A program made the translations under genes and the position numbers. A model generated the notes under the pieces. That model searched no databases. It saw nothing but the letters and a program-made list of their open reading frames with translations, and was not told where the DNA came from. A stretch of DNA of 64,000 nucleotides. Source: Candidatus Melainabacteria bacterium RIFCSPHIGHO2_02_FULL_34_12. Lineage in GTDB: Bacteria; Cyanobacteriota; Vampirovibrionia; 2-02-FULL-35-15. The stretch's first letter is position 1; every line of letters begins with the position of its first letter. Location: assembly GCA_001784555.1 (NCBI GenBank), contig MFRM01000020.1, positions 101,733-165,732 on the forward strand, given 5' to 3'. Of the stretch, positions 11,190 to 20,614 are shown one piece after another.

Positions 11190-12333
11190 GACTAACCCGC
11201 TTTTAATTTTTTTATTTGTTTTTCTTGGTTCAATTATTATTGAACCTGTTTTCTGTAAGGGAGTCGTGCACAACGCCCCTACAGAATGCCTTATTAAAGA
11301 TGAAATAAAAGAACTTAAACCTGGAATAAAATTACACACTGTACAGACGACCAATAATCGTGGTCCAATTGTAGCTTATGTTCTTGAAGTTGATTTAGCA
11401 AATAAAAATATTTCAATAAAAGCAGGTCTCCCAGATAAAGATAAAATTAAAGTTAAAGATACTCTGACAAATATAGTAAAGAGTCACAGGGCATTTGCAG
11501 GTATAAATGCAAATTATTTTGATGTTAAAGCCGGGAATCCACTAGGTACTTTAATTGCTGATAATGAATGGATAGTAGGACCTGTCTATAATCGCGCAGC
11601 TCTTGGTATTTCAAAAGACAATGAAGTGTTTATTGATAAGGTAATGCTTATCGGAAATGTAACTGTTTACAGAGGATTCAGGAAAAAAGAACTTGGTATG
11701 TTTTTTGTAGATGGATTAAATATTCCATATGATTTTTATAAAGGAGTAGGATTGTTTACTTCTAACTGGGGGAAGGAACTGATTCTACCAGAAAATAAAG
11801 TAGCCAGAATAGTTAAAGGCGGACGTATAAATAAGATTGAAGAAGATGTGCTAGAAATTAAGATTCCTTCAAATGGTTATGCTTTAATTGCAAGAGAAGA
11901 TTATGTCCTCGACTTTTTAGAAAAAGGTGATCGGTTAAAAATTGAGTGGCTTAGGGAACCTGACTGGTCTTTAGTTACTGAGGCAATTAGCGGTGGACCT
12001 TATCTCTTAAAAGAAGGAATGATATTTATTGATGAAAAAGAAGAAAACTTCAGATTTTCTAAAAACGATACATATGCTCCCAGAAGTGCAGTGGGTATTG
12101 GGAAAAATAATAATTTATTTTTAATAGCTGTTGACGGAAGAAACAATAATCATTCTGTAGGGTTATCGTTATATGAGCTTGCCGACTTATTGAAAAAACT
12201 TGAGATAACGGATGCAATAAATCTTGACGGCGGAGGCTCTACAACCCTGGTGGTTGAAGGAAAAGTTGTGAACAAATTGAGTGACAGACATGAAAGAAAA
12301 ATTAGCAATGGGCTGCTTATTTTTTACAAATAA
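11173..12333 (+). CDS. Exported phosphodiester glycosidase (NAGPA-like) family protein
   Basis: N-terminal hydrophobic segment, GINANYF, APRSAVG, VDGR, AINLDGGGST. Confidence 0.85.
   Translation: MLTITKTNPLLIFLFVFLGSIIIEPVFCKGVVHNAPTECLIKDEIKELKPGIKLHTVQTTNNRGPIVAYVLEVDLANKNISIKAGLPDKDKIKVKDTLTNIVKSHRAFAGINANYFDVKAGNPLGTLIADNEWIVGPVYNRAALGISKDNEVFIDKVMLIGNVTVYRGFRKKELGMFFVDGLNIPYDFYKGVGLFTSNWGKELILPENKVARIVKGGRINKIEEDVLEIKIPSNGYALIAREDYVLDFLEKGDRLKIEWLREPDWSLVTEAISGGPYLLKEGMIFIDEKEENFRFSKNDTYAPRSAVGIGKNNNLFLIAVDGRNNNHSVGLSLYELADLLKKLEITDAINLDGGGSTTLVVEGKVVNKLSDRHERKISNGLLIFYK
11255..11282. repeat. GTAG-type palindrome in-frame within the phosphodiester glycosidase gene
   Basis: GTAAGGGAGTCGTGCACAACGCCCCTAC encodes CKGVVHNAPT. 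Confidence 0.8.
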
Positions 12334-12336
12334 AAA

Positions 12337-12368
12337 TCGCCGTATCGCCGGTTCGCCCCATCGCGGTC
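12337..12368. repeat. 4x 8-bp TCGCCNNN tandem repeat between convergent genes
   Basis: tcgccgta tcgccggt tcgcccca tcgcggtc. Confidence 0.8.
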
Positions 12369-12375
12369 TCGTTTT

Positions 12376-13395
12376 TTATGTTTCCACTATCATTTTTAAA
12401 CACTTGTTTTTAAAACACTTTTCTATTTCTTTAGGAAGTTCTTTTAAAGAGACTGTATCGGTTATTAATTTTTTAAGTTTAATTTTTCCAGTGATTATTA
12501 ACTGGTAAGCTTCTTTAAGTGACAGTGGTGAAGGAGAGTAGCTCCCTAGTATTGAGAGCTCTCGATAATAGATCTCGTTATTATAAAAGCCTTTTTCTTT
12601 TGGAATGCTTGAAAAAACAACTATCTTGCCGCCGGATCTCACAAGCTCTGAAGCATCTTTTAAGCTTTTCTCACTTCCTGAAGCCAGAAAAACAATATCT
12701 ACACCTATGCCCTCTGTTTTATTTAATACCCAGCTTTTTAAATCCGGAGAATTAGCAATATGTCCGTCATGAATAGCCGTCATTTCTCCTGCAAGTGAAA
12801 TTCTTTCTTCAAGCAAATCACATCCAAATGTATATGCTCCTTTTTCCATACATAATTTACCAAGCATAATTCCGATAGATCCTAATCCACTGATAAGAAC
12901 GGTATTGCTTGTGCTTACTTGTGCTCTTGTTACTGCACGCAGGCAACAAGCAAGTGGTTCAGTCAAGGAGATTTCATGATCACTAACAGTTCCTTTTGGA
13001 ATCAAAAATGTAGTTTGTTCAAGGTGCGATCTGGAAAGTCTTATATATTCAGAAAATCCTCCAGGTATTAAGTTTGTACTTTTAAATTGTGAACACATGG
13101 AGTAATTCCCACTTCTGCAGAAATAACAATTTAGGCAAGGAACATGATGTGCCACAACAACTTTCTGTGACGGGGTCCACTTTTTTACCTGGCTGCCAAC
13201 TTTTACAATGGTTCCTACAACTTCATGTCCTAAAACAGTACCCTCTGGAACAAGATTATTTTTTACCTTTATAAGATCTGAACCACATACTCCGCATACA
13301 TCTACTTTAAGCAAAGCCTCATCACCATTTATTTCTGGTTCAGGCATCTCAGTAAGTTTTAATTTTTCAGTTTTGTTATAGGTTACGCAGAACAT
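12376..13395 (-). CDS. Zinc-dependent alcohol/sugar-alcohol dehydrogenase (MDR family)
   Basis: CGVCGSD, GHE, CxxCxxC(x7)C, GLGSIG. Confidence 0.9.
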   Translation of the reverse strand: MFCVTYNKTEKLKLTEMPEPEINGDEALLKVDVCGVCGSDLIKVKNNLVPEGTVLGHEVVGTIVKVGSQVKKWTPSQKVVVAHHVPCLNCYFCRSGNYSMCSQFKSTNLIPGGFSEYIRLSRSHLEQTTFLIPKGTVSDHEISLTEPLACCLRAVTRAQVSTSNTVLISGLGSIGIMLGKLCMEKGAYTFGCDLLEERISLAGEMTAIHDGHIANSPDLKSWVLNKTEGIGVDIVFLASGSEKSLKDASELVRSGGKIVVFSSIPKEKGFYNNEIYYRELSILGSYSPSPLSLKEAYQLIITGKIKLKKLITDTVSLKELPKEIEKCFKNKCLKMIVET

Positions 13396-13398
13396 AAG

Positions 13399-14733
13399 TT
13401 ACATTTTATTTAAGATAGGAGCGTTTAACCAAGCTCTATTACCATTTATCCATACTTCTTTAAGATCCTCACTGTTATTAGTCTCAAAGATAAGCAAATG
13501 ATAAGGATCCTGATATGTACAGCCCGATTTATTCTTAATATCGTATATAAGAAAATCTGCAGATAGCCCTTTTTGCAGGGCCCCTATTTCAGAATCTTTG
13601 CCTAGTATCTTTGCAGCATTAATAGTCATTGCAGCAAACATTTCTTTGGCCGAAATCTGATTATTATAAATAATGCTTTGTTGATTAATTGCAAATCTTG
13701 CTTCATTCAAAAGATCTAAATCGTTGTTACTTGCAGTACTGTCAGTGCCTATCCCCCATAAAAATCCAAGCTTATTCCAGAGTTTTAAATTTGCAGTCCC
13801 GTTATTTAAATAATAATTACTTCTAGGACAATGGACCAGTTTTATATTATGGGTTTTTAAAATATTCAAGTCATTATTATTTATCTGTGAAAGATGGGTA
13901 GCAATTATATTTTCATTTAACAAATCGTTTTTGTTTAAGAAATCTATTCCTGAATCATATCTTTTCCAGTATTTTAATTTTGGATCAAGTTTTTTAATTT
14001 TCTCCCAAAATTTTAAAGCTGGTCCTGATTTTTCATTCCACCAGATTTTTTCCTGAGGAGATTCTTCAAGATGTGTAAGGAGTGGTTTGTTGTTTTCTTT
14101 TAACCACGCCATTAGTTTTTCCCAGAGAGAGACTGAAACATTATATGGAGCATGAGGGGACAGTGTGAATTCTAAACGTGAAGTAGTGTAGGGGCAGGAT
14201 TTATCCTGCCCATTCAGATGATTATTTAATTGGGTAATTTCTTTTACTGATTGTAAAAATATTTTTTCAGCCTCTTTTTCATCCGAACTAAAAATTTCAA
14301 GACCTATCGTGGCTTTTAAAGGATATCTGGAAATCATTTCAGCGCTGAGATTGCTTGGTGTATTTTCGACCAGATATGTTGTTCCGGTAGAAATTGCTTT
14401 TTTAATTCCTTCTTCTGTAGATAATTTAAGTTCTTTCTCAGACCATTGAGTAGTTTTATCTATTAATTTTTCAAGCCATGGAAATAATCCATCCGGACAT
14501 TCGATTAGATTTAAACTGGAGTAAAACAGGTGGGTATGTAAATTTATAAAGCCAGGACAAATTAAAGATTTGCCATGGTCGATTATTTTCCCCTGAAAGC
14601 TATTTAAATCTCCAAAATCTTCTTTTTTGCCTATTAAAACTATTTTTGAATCTACTATAAGTAAGCCACCACCCATAATAGGCTCTTTATTATTTGAAAT
14701 TATTATTTCTGCAAGGTGTAATGTTTTAGTCAC
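13399..14733 (-). CDS. Amidohydrolase family deaminase (MtaD/aminofutalosine deaminase-like)
   Basis: PGFINLHTHL, SPHAPY, THLEES, HCPRSN, GTDS. Confidence 0.85.
   Translation of the reverse strand: MTKTLHLAEIIISNNKEPIMGGGLLIVDSKIVLIGKKEDFGDLNSFQGKIIDHGKSLICPGFINLHTHLFYSSLNLIECPDGLFPWLEKLIDKTTQWSEKELKLSTEEGIKKAISTGTTYLVENTPSNLSAEMISRYPLKATIGLEIFSSDEKEAEKIFLQSVKEITQLNNHLNGQDKSCPYTTSRLEFTLSPHAPYNVSVSLWEKLMAWLKENNKPLLTHLEESPQEKIWWNEKSGPALKFWEKIKKLDPKLKYWKRYDSGIDFLNKNDLLNENIIATHLSQINNNDLNILKTHNIKLVHCPRSNYYLNNGTANLKLWNKLGFLWGIGTDSTASNNDLDLLNEARFAINQQSIIYNNQISAKEMFAAMTINAAKILGKDSEIGALQKGLSADFLIYDIKNKSGCTYQDPYHLLIFETNNSEDLKEVWINGNRAWLNAPILNKM
14188..14215. repeat. GTAG palindrome in-frame within amidohydrolase
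   Basis: GTAGGGGCAGGATTTATCCTGCCCATTC; coding strand encodes NGQDKSCPY. Confidence 0.8.
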
Positions 14734-14761
14734 GATGTTTATTCTAACAAGGGCTAATCAC

Positions 14762-16906
14762 TTAGCCTGCCATATGCAATGCAACAGCTCTGCCTGCTTT
14801 GTAAATATGAGACATTCCTTTTCCGCAGCTTTGTACAGCATGTAAATATACTGGCATCATTTCACCAATATTTCCTGCACCATAGTCACCTATTCTAATA
14901 GAACTCTCTTTAACTAACCAGTCAGATAAGTGGTAAGGAAGATTTTTATCTCCCATTTCAACTATATTTACAAAGTCCAGGACATTTAATGGTGAAACAA
15001 CAAATTGGGCAAAAAATGTTCTAAATTTAAAAACCTCTTTAATATCATCCCAATATTTTATGGGATGTAAAATCATCTCTTGAAAACTATTTGACTTTAT
15101 CTTTGGTTTTTTAAATATCTTGGACTGTAATTGAGGATTTACTGATTCATCAGTAGTTGTTTCACAGGCTTTTATTTCGCCATCAATAATTGCTTCAAGC
15201 TCTGCATTTATCCTGTCATAGACATGATAACGATTAAAGAAATCATTGATCTGATTTTCATTAAATAAAGAAGCTTCTTTTAAATATTTTTTAAGTCTTT
15301 CTCTAGCTTGAGAAATCATAGTATTCCTATTATCCTTCAGTATTTCTCCCCATAATTTTGATGGTACTATTTGATCTTTTTCTTTAATTCTAGTAACCAG
15401 CTGATTTGTTGATTTATCAGTGTCTTCATATGTAATTTCACTTTCAAATATTTGTTTATATAAGGCTTCTCTTAAAGGAGTAAAGCATTCCTGTCGTGCA
15501 ATAACCTTATATATGTCATCGTATAAAAACTTTTTACCTGTCTTCTTTTCTATGAGACTTCTTGCAAAATCAGAAATTGATTTTGCCCAACCTTTATTTG
15601 GATTAAATATAATATCCCGGTATTTTCTGGGATCAAGATATTTTGGATCATTTGGTTTATCCAATACTCCTCTTGCCCGGTTTATTGCATTGCAAACATA
15701 AAATGTAGTAGTAGTAATAGTTTGTGGAAGTCGGACAAATAAACCATAGAGAATAGTAAAGTAGCAATGACCTGCAAATGCTCCAATATTAAGCACCCTG
15801 TCAAAAAACCTTATAGTGCTGTCAGTATCACCTGCTTCTACATTTTTAAAACCATGCCGGAAATGATCAAATGCAGGCCATACAACGTTTATCATTCCTA
15901 AGGGAGATGCCACTGCCTGTACAATTTTTCCAAATTCTCTGCCTCCTTTTAAAATATTTCCCAGAAAACTTCCGCTGGCTGAGTTTGTATGCCACCAGTC
16001 TTTAGCTTTCATAGCGCTTTTATATATGGGAGAATCTTCTGAAATCGCGTTTTTTAAACTTTCAACTGATTCTAAAGTTCTGATTATAGTGTCAAAGGAT
16101 TTACCAATATATGTTGGAATCCAGCATACTGAGCTTATAAAAGTACCCAGAAAAGATGTAACAGGTGCTTCTGAAAATCTGTTTTTTATGGATGTAAAAT
16201 CACCTTTAAAAAAATCTACAATATTTAATATTCCAGTCATAAACTGATGACCCTGAGGTGTTACTGCAGCATTATCACTTCCAATATCACCGAGTTGTCT
16301 AAATAATTTTCTTTCATTTTCTAATTTAAATCTTTCTCCATCTGAAAGTTTAGAACTAGCCAGGTTAATTGATTTCCATAATGTAGCTGCCCTGCCTCCT
16401 GTATATGAAAAAAGAGTAAATAATATATGAGGCATATTGATTAAAGTAGTAATCATATGACCTGTAGATTGAGTAGCTTTTTTTAAGGGACCAAATGCAG
16501 TCATGGGAGCAAAAGCAATACTTAAAATCGGATAAACTATTTCTACTAATTTGTTGCTGCTTTGTTCGGTAGGATCTTTTGCTTTATAACCTTCATATTC
16601 ACCAAGAGCAGTTGTAAGTGGAATAAAAAGTGTGGCTGGTATTGCAAATAAGCTGCTTATTAATTCCCCAACATTTCCAATTCTGTTAAGTGCCTGTTTG
16701 GCTCCATCCTTAAAAGCAATGCCGCATGCAATAGCTCCGGCTGCTACAGCCCCAAGGGCAATTCTTGTAGAAGTTTTGCTTTGGTTTAATTCTTGGGCAG
16801 AAAGGCCGGATTGAGCTAGTGGTTTTTCAGTTCTTGAAAAACTACTAGCTTGCCTTCGATAGGATGTAGAGCGGCCTACGCTTTTGTCAGTTGCTGAAGT
16901 TTGCAT
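14762..16906 (-). CDS. Large hypothetical multi-pass membrane protein (714 aa)
   Basis: Long ORF, Ser/Thr-rich N-terminus, several hydrophobic segments, charged helical C-terminal part; no recognised motif. Confidence 0.8.
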   Translation of the reverse strand: MQTSATDKSVGRSTSYRRQASSFSRTEKPLAQSGLSAQELNQSKTSTRIALGAVAAGAIACGIAFKDGAKQALNRIGNVGELISSLFAIPATLFIPLTTALGEYEGYKAKDPTEQSSNKLVEIVYPILSIAFAPMTAFGPLKKATQSTGHMITTLINMPHILFTLFSYTGGRAATLWKSINLASSKLSDGERFKLENERKLFRQLGDIGSDNAAVTPQGHQFMTGILNIVDFFKGDFTSIKNRFSEAPVTSFLGTFISSVCWIPTYIGKSFDTIIRTLESVESLKNAISEDSPIYKSAMKAKDWWHTNSASGSFLGNILKGGREFGKIVQAVASPLGMINVVWPAFDHFRHGFKNVEAGDTDSTIRFFDRVLNIGAFAGHCYFTILYGLFVRLPQTITTTTFYVCNAINRARGVLDKPNDPKYLDPRKYRDIIFNPNKGWAKSISDFARSLIEKKTGKKFLYDDIYKVIARQECFTPLREALYKQIFESEITYEDTDKSTNQLVTRIKEKDQIVPSKLWGEILKDNRNTMISQARERLKKYLKEASLFNENQINDFFNRYHVYDRINAELEAIIDGEIKACETTTDESVNPQLQSKIFKKPKIKSNSFQEMILHPIKYWDDIKEVFKFRTFFAQFVVSPLNVLDFVNIVEMGDKNLPYHLSDWLVKESSIRIGDYGAGNIGEMMPVYLHAVQSCGKGMSHIYKAGRAVALHMAG

Positions 16907-17172
16907 TTATTTGATTATGTAATAATAAGCTAATAAAACTGTCTTTAAAAAACAGCTAATATACACAAATGTGTATATTAGAATTGTATGAACATTAAGG
17001 AATTGCTGTCTAGTATTGCACTCTACAAATTTCCTTAACCAATATCTTGGTTAAGGCTTTAACTTTAATTAGAAATTTTTTTCTCAATTTATTTATGAAT
17101 TTCTCTTTATTTGGTTAAGAAAAACGTTTATTATAGATAGGCAACCATTTTAGTTTTTAGCTATGGTAATTT

Positions 17173-17245
17173 GCGCCCGTAGCTCAGTGGATAGAGCAAC
17201 CGCCTTCTAAGTGGTTGGTCGGACGTTCGAATCGTCTCGGGCGCG
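17173..17245 (+). tRNA. tRNA-Arg(UCU)
   Basis: GCGCCCG/CGGGCGC acceptor stem, anticodon loop CTTCTAA, GTTCGAATC T-loop; CCA not encoded. Confidence 0.95.
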
Positions 17246-17251
17246 CATAGA

Positions 17252-17293
17252 AATTTTCAATTTTCAATTGTAAATTGTAAATTGAAAATTGAA
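17252..17293. repeat. 6x 7-bp AATTKWM tandem repeat forming a hairpin in the tRNA spacer
   Basis: aattttc aattttc aattgta aattgta aattgaa aattgaa. Confidence 0.8.
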
Positions 17294-17295
17294 AC

Positions 17296-17374
17296 GGGCG
17301 CTTGGCGGAATGGCAGACGCGCATGACTTAGGATCATGTGGGCAACCGTAGAGGTTCAAGTCCTCTAGCGCCCA
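17296..17374 (+). tRNA. tRNA-Leu(UAG)
   Basis: GGGCGCT/AGCGCCC stem, CATGA-CTTAGGA-TCATG anticodon arm, variable arm, GTTCAAGTC. Confidence 0.93.
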
Positions 17375-17377
17375 ATA

Positions 17378-17449
17378 GGGCTACTAGCTCAATGGTAGAG
17401 CACACGCCTCTTAAGCGTTAGGTTATGGGTTCGAATCCCCTGTGGCCCA
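17378..17449 (+). tRNA. tRNA-Lys(CUU)
   Basis: GGGCTAC/GTGGCCC stem, anticodon loop CTCTTAA, GTTCGAATC; one mismatch each in anticodon and T stems. Confidence 0.88.
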
Positions 17450-17601
17450 AGTTATTTTCGAAAATCACAAATCATCTTTCTTATTCAAATGCTCATTTAA
17501 AGATGACATTAAAAAAGATATTAATACTAGAATTCCAAACAATAAAAATATTTGACTAATAATTATCATAGACTTTCTTTCTTAGTATGATTTACCCAGA
17601 A

Positions 17602-18450
17602 TTAGCCAATTATTTTTCTTAAATCTGATTTTGTTACTTTCAAAAGTTTTAAAGCAGTGCTTAAATCACATTTTTTATAGTGCATAACAATGGCTGCTTT
17701 TGTGTTTTTTTTAGCTTTTGTGAATAGAGAACTTGCTTTGTTAAGCGGTATTTTACAAATAATGGAGATAATACTGATTGCACGTTTAATTAGTTTTTTA
17801 TTTGTGGGTTGTACATCTATCATTAGATTTTCATATATTTTACCTGACTTAATCATTGAAATTGAGCTGAGCATATTCAGTATAATTTTTTGTGCAGTGC
17901 CTGAGCTTAGCCGACTAGAGCCTGCAATAATTTCATCTTTTATATCTGGTGTAATCTTATAATTTGATATTTTTACAAGGGTTGATTTTGGATTTGTAGT
18001 TATTCCAATTGTTAAAGCGCTTTTCTTCTTAGAAAATTTAATAGCAGAAAGTGTATAAGGAGTTTCTCCGCTGGCTGATATACCTACTACCACATCGTTT
18101 TTTGTAAGATTGATTTTTTTTAGATCTTTAGCTGCCAGTGCTAAATTATCCTCAATACCTTCTTTTGCCATAAACACAGCCTCTTTTCCACCTGCAATAA
18201 TTCCTAGAAATAAATCTGTACTGAATGTAGGTTTGCACTCAACTGCATCTAATATCCCTAATCTTCCGCTGGTTCCGGCACCTACGTAAATCATCCGCCC
18301 GCCACTTTTTATTTTAGAAATGATTTTATTAATTACTTTTGTTATGTTTGATTTTTGACTTTTTATAGAATTAATTGCAGCTAGTTCTTTATTCAGGAAT
18401 AAATTAGTTAGTTCACTGGTTGACATTAAATCTAGGTTTTTATTTGTCAT
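17602..18450 (-). CDS. murQ: N-acetylmuramic acid 6-phosphate etherase
   Basis: YVGAGTSGRLGILDAVEC, GISASGETPY, GTAQKIILNMLSS. Confidence 0.92.
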   Translation of the reverse strand: MTNKNLDLMSTSELTNLFLNKELAAINSIKSQKSNITKVINKIISKIKSGGRMIYVGAGTSGRLGILDAVECKPTFSTDLFLGIIAGGKEAVFMAKEGIEDNLALAAKDLKKINLTKNDVVVGISASGETPYTLSAIKFSKKKSALTIGITTNPKSTLVKISNYKITPDIKDEIIAGSSRLSSGTAQKIILNMLSSISMIKSGKIYENLMIDVQPTNKKLIKRAISIISIICKIPLNKASSLFTKAKKNTKAAIVMHYKKCDLSTALKLLKVTKSDLRKIIG

Positions 18451-18453
18451 GTT

Positions 18454-20091
18454 TTAATTTTCTAATATTCTTTTAGCTGCCATTTTAGCAACATTATTAA
18501 AAATAGGTCCGCAGACTGTATTTCCCCATCCTCCACCAGTTTTAGGATCATCTACTACGACTAAAGTAAGAATTTTTGGATCACTAGCAGGCAGATAGCC
18601 TATAAATGATGCAACTGTATGTCCTGCCAGGTATCCTTTTCCATCAGCTCTTATTTTTTGTGCAGTGCCGGTTTTTCCTGCCACTTCATATCCAGGTACA
18701 TTACCTCCTATATATGCCATTGCTTCCACGCTTTCTTTAACACTTTGTTTTAATAAACCTGAAACATAATCTGCAACTTCCGGTGAAATCACTTCTTCGA
18801 TTATTGGTTGATAAGGACTTTCATTGATTAAATTATATTCTGGATCCCACGTGCCTTTTAATATATGAGGTTGAACCCAAATGCCATGATTTGCTACAGC
18901 ATTAACTGCGCAGGCTAATTGTATGGGAGTAACAGAAACTGCACCTTGTCCAAATCCGGTTGTAGCAGAGTCAATAGTTCTCCACTTTTTGTGATTTAAT
19001 AATAATCCCAGTGATTCCCCAGGAAGATCAACTTTTGTTCTGGTACCAATCATAAATTTTTGAATGGAGTTATAAAAAACTTCAGGTGGCATAGAAAGTC
19101 CTATATGAGCACTGGCTACGTTGCTGGATTGTTTAAAAAGTTCAAGTAAATTAATGTTTTGTGGTTTTGTTTTGTTATGATTTCTTAGTATCCTTTTGCC
19201 TACTGTGATTGAACCGGTATCAAAGTAAGTAAAATTTTCATCAATTAGCATATTTTCAAGGGCACTTGATATGGTAACTATTTTAAAAGTAGAGCCAGGC
19301 TGATAAATATCAGTGATTGCCCAGTTTTTAATGGATTTTTCTTTGTAGTAAAAGTTTGGATTATAGTTGGGATATACTGCCCATGCAAAAATTTCACCTG
19401 TTTTTGGAGAAATTACTAATATAGAACCACGTTCGGCTCTTGATTTTTGAATTGCTTCAATTAATTCTTTTTCTGCATATTCCTGAAGTGCTGAGTCTAT
19501 TGTTAGCACGATGTCATTTCCCTGTGGGTAAAGTTTATTAGTGGTTTTTGTTGATATTTTTGTTAATAAATCTTCGTGTGAATATTCAACCCCGTTTTGT
19601 CCTATGTGATCAGTGTTTACATAGCCAAGAAGGTGAGATGCCATTTTATTAAGCGGGTAGATTCTAGATACTCTGGGTTCAAAATGCACAAAATCAATCT
19701 GTGAATCTTTAATCTTTTTCATTATATCCAGGCTAACTTCCGGGAATATTTTTGTGTTCTTTCTTTGATTAAGCTTTTTAATAAGATTCTGCTGACTTAT
19801 TCTTAAAATCTTACTTAGTTTAATTACTTTATCTTCAGGAATTGCTTTTGATTTATCGACGTTGTTGTAAATATCATAGGTGACAAGATCCAATGCAAGC
19901 AAAGAGCCGTTTCTATCTCTTATATCTCCACGTAATATGATCTTTGGCATGCTAAATTGTAACTTAGCTTTAGAGACAATTTTTTTAGAGCTTACTACTT
20001 GCAGATTAAACAGCTCTAGCCATATTAAAAAAATAAATGAAAAGAAGAAAAATAGCCATATATAAAATCGTTGCTTGAAATTTAAAAACAT
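18454..20091 (-). CDS. ftsI: Class B penicillin-binding protein (FtsI/PBP3-like)
   Basis: RGDIRDRNG, PGSTFK, SSN, GKTGTAQK; downstream of rsmH. Confidence 0.85.
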   Translation of the reverse strand: MFLNFKQRFYIWLFFFFSFIFLIWLELFNLQVVSSKKIVSKAKLQFSMPKIILRGDIRDRNGSLLALDLVTYDIYNNVDKSKAIPEDKVIKLSKILRISQQNLIKKLNQRKNTKIFPEVSLDIMKKIKDSQIDFVHFEPRVSRIYPLNKMASHLLGYVNTDHIGQNGVEYSHEDLLTKISTKTTNKLYPQGNDIVLTIDSALQEYAEKELIEAIQKSRAERGSILVISPKTGEIFAWAVYPNYNPNFYYKEKSIKNWAITDIYQPGSTFKIVTISSALENMLIDENFTYFDTGSITVGKRILRNHNKTKPQNINLLELFKQSSNVASAHIGLSMPPEVFYNSIQKFMIGTRTKVDLPGESLGLLLNHKKWRTIDSATTGFGQGAVSVTPIQLACAVNAVANHGIWVQPHILKGTWDPEYNLINESPYQPIIEEVISPEVADYVSGLLKQSVKESVEAMAYIGGNVPGYEVAGKTGTAQKIRADGKGYLAGHTVASFIGYLPASDPKILTLVVVDDPKTGGGWGNTVCGPIFNNVAKMAAKRILEN

Positions 20092-20110
20092 ATGCAAGCA
20101 AGATTATATA

Positions 20111-20614
20111 TTAAAAACCTGCAAATTGAATAGAAGGATATTTTTTTATCTGATTAACTTTTGAATAGATGTTGTTATTTCGCTCATTTGTGTTTTTTAC
20201 GTAAATAATTTCTTTTGAATCTTCCATTTTATAAAGCTCTGCATTTAAAAATAATTTATTGTAACTAGAAGCCTGATTTACCTTTGCAAGTAAAACTGAT
20301 TTTTTATTTGCGAGGTTTTTTGCATTATCTGATAATTGAAAATTTTGAGCTTGTAAGGGAAGGGAAACGCAGGTTATAAACAAACAACAAGCAATCATAA
20401 AGACAGAAGAGAGAACGATGAAATTAAAGGCAGATCTGAGTAAAAGTCTTGAGCTGACTTTTACTCCAAATGGGAGAGTAAGTATTTTTGCAACTTTTGG
20501 AGAAGTTGTGAATCCGTCAACTTTATAAGGAGGATTCAGGACAAGTGAACTTAAAACCTGACTTTTATAAATGTAGTTTTCGTTTATTGGATTTGATTTT
20601 GAGTATAAAGTCAT
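20111..20614 (-). CDS. Hypothetical single-TM protein in the ftsL position
   Basis: Lies between rsmH and ftsI; one TM followed by a possible coiled coil. Confidence 0.65.
   Translation of the reverse strand: MTLYSKSNPINENYIYKSQVLSSLVLNPPYKVDGFTTSPKVAKILTLPFGVKVSSRLLLRSAFNFIVLSSVFMIACCLFITCVSLPLQAQNFQLSDNAKNLANKKSVLLAKVNQASSYNKLFLNAELYKMEDSKEIIYVKNTNERNNNIYSKVNQIKKYPSIQFAGF

Noticed and set aside
17378..17449. tRNA-Lys as a pseudogene or integration-site remnant
   Set aside because: Only two stem mismatches, conserved loops intact, and no duplicated 3' end or integrase seen nearby.
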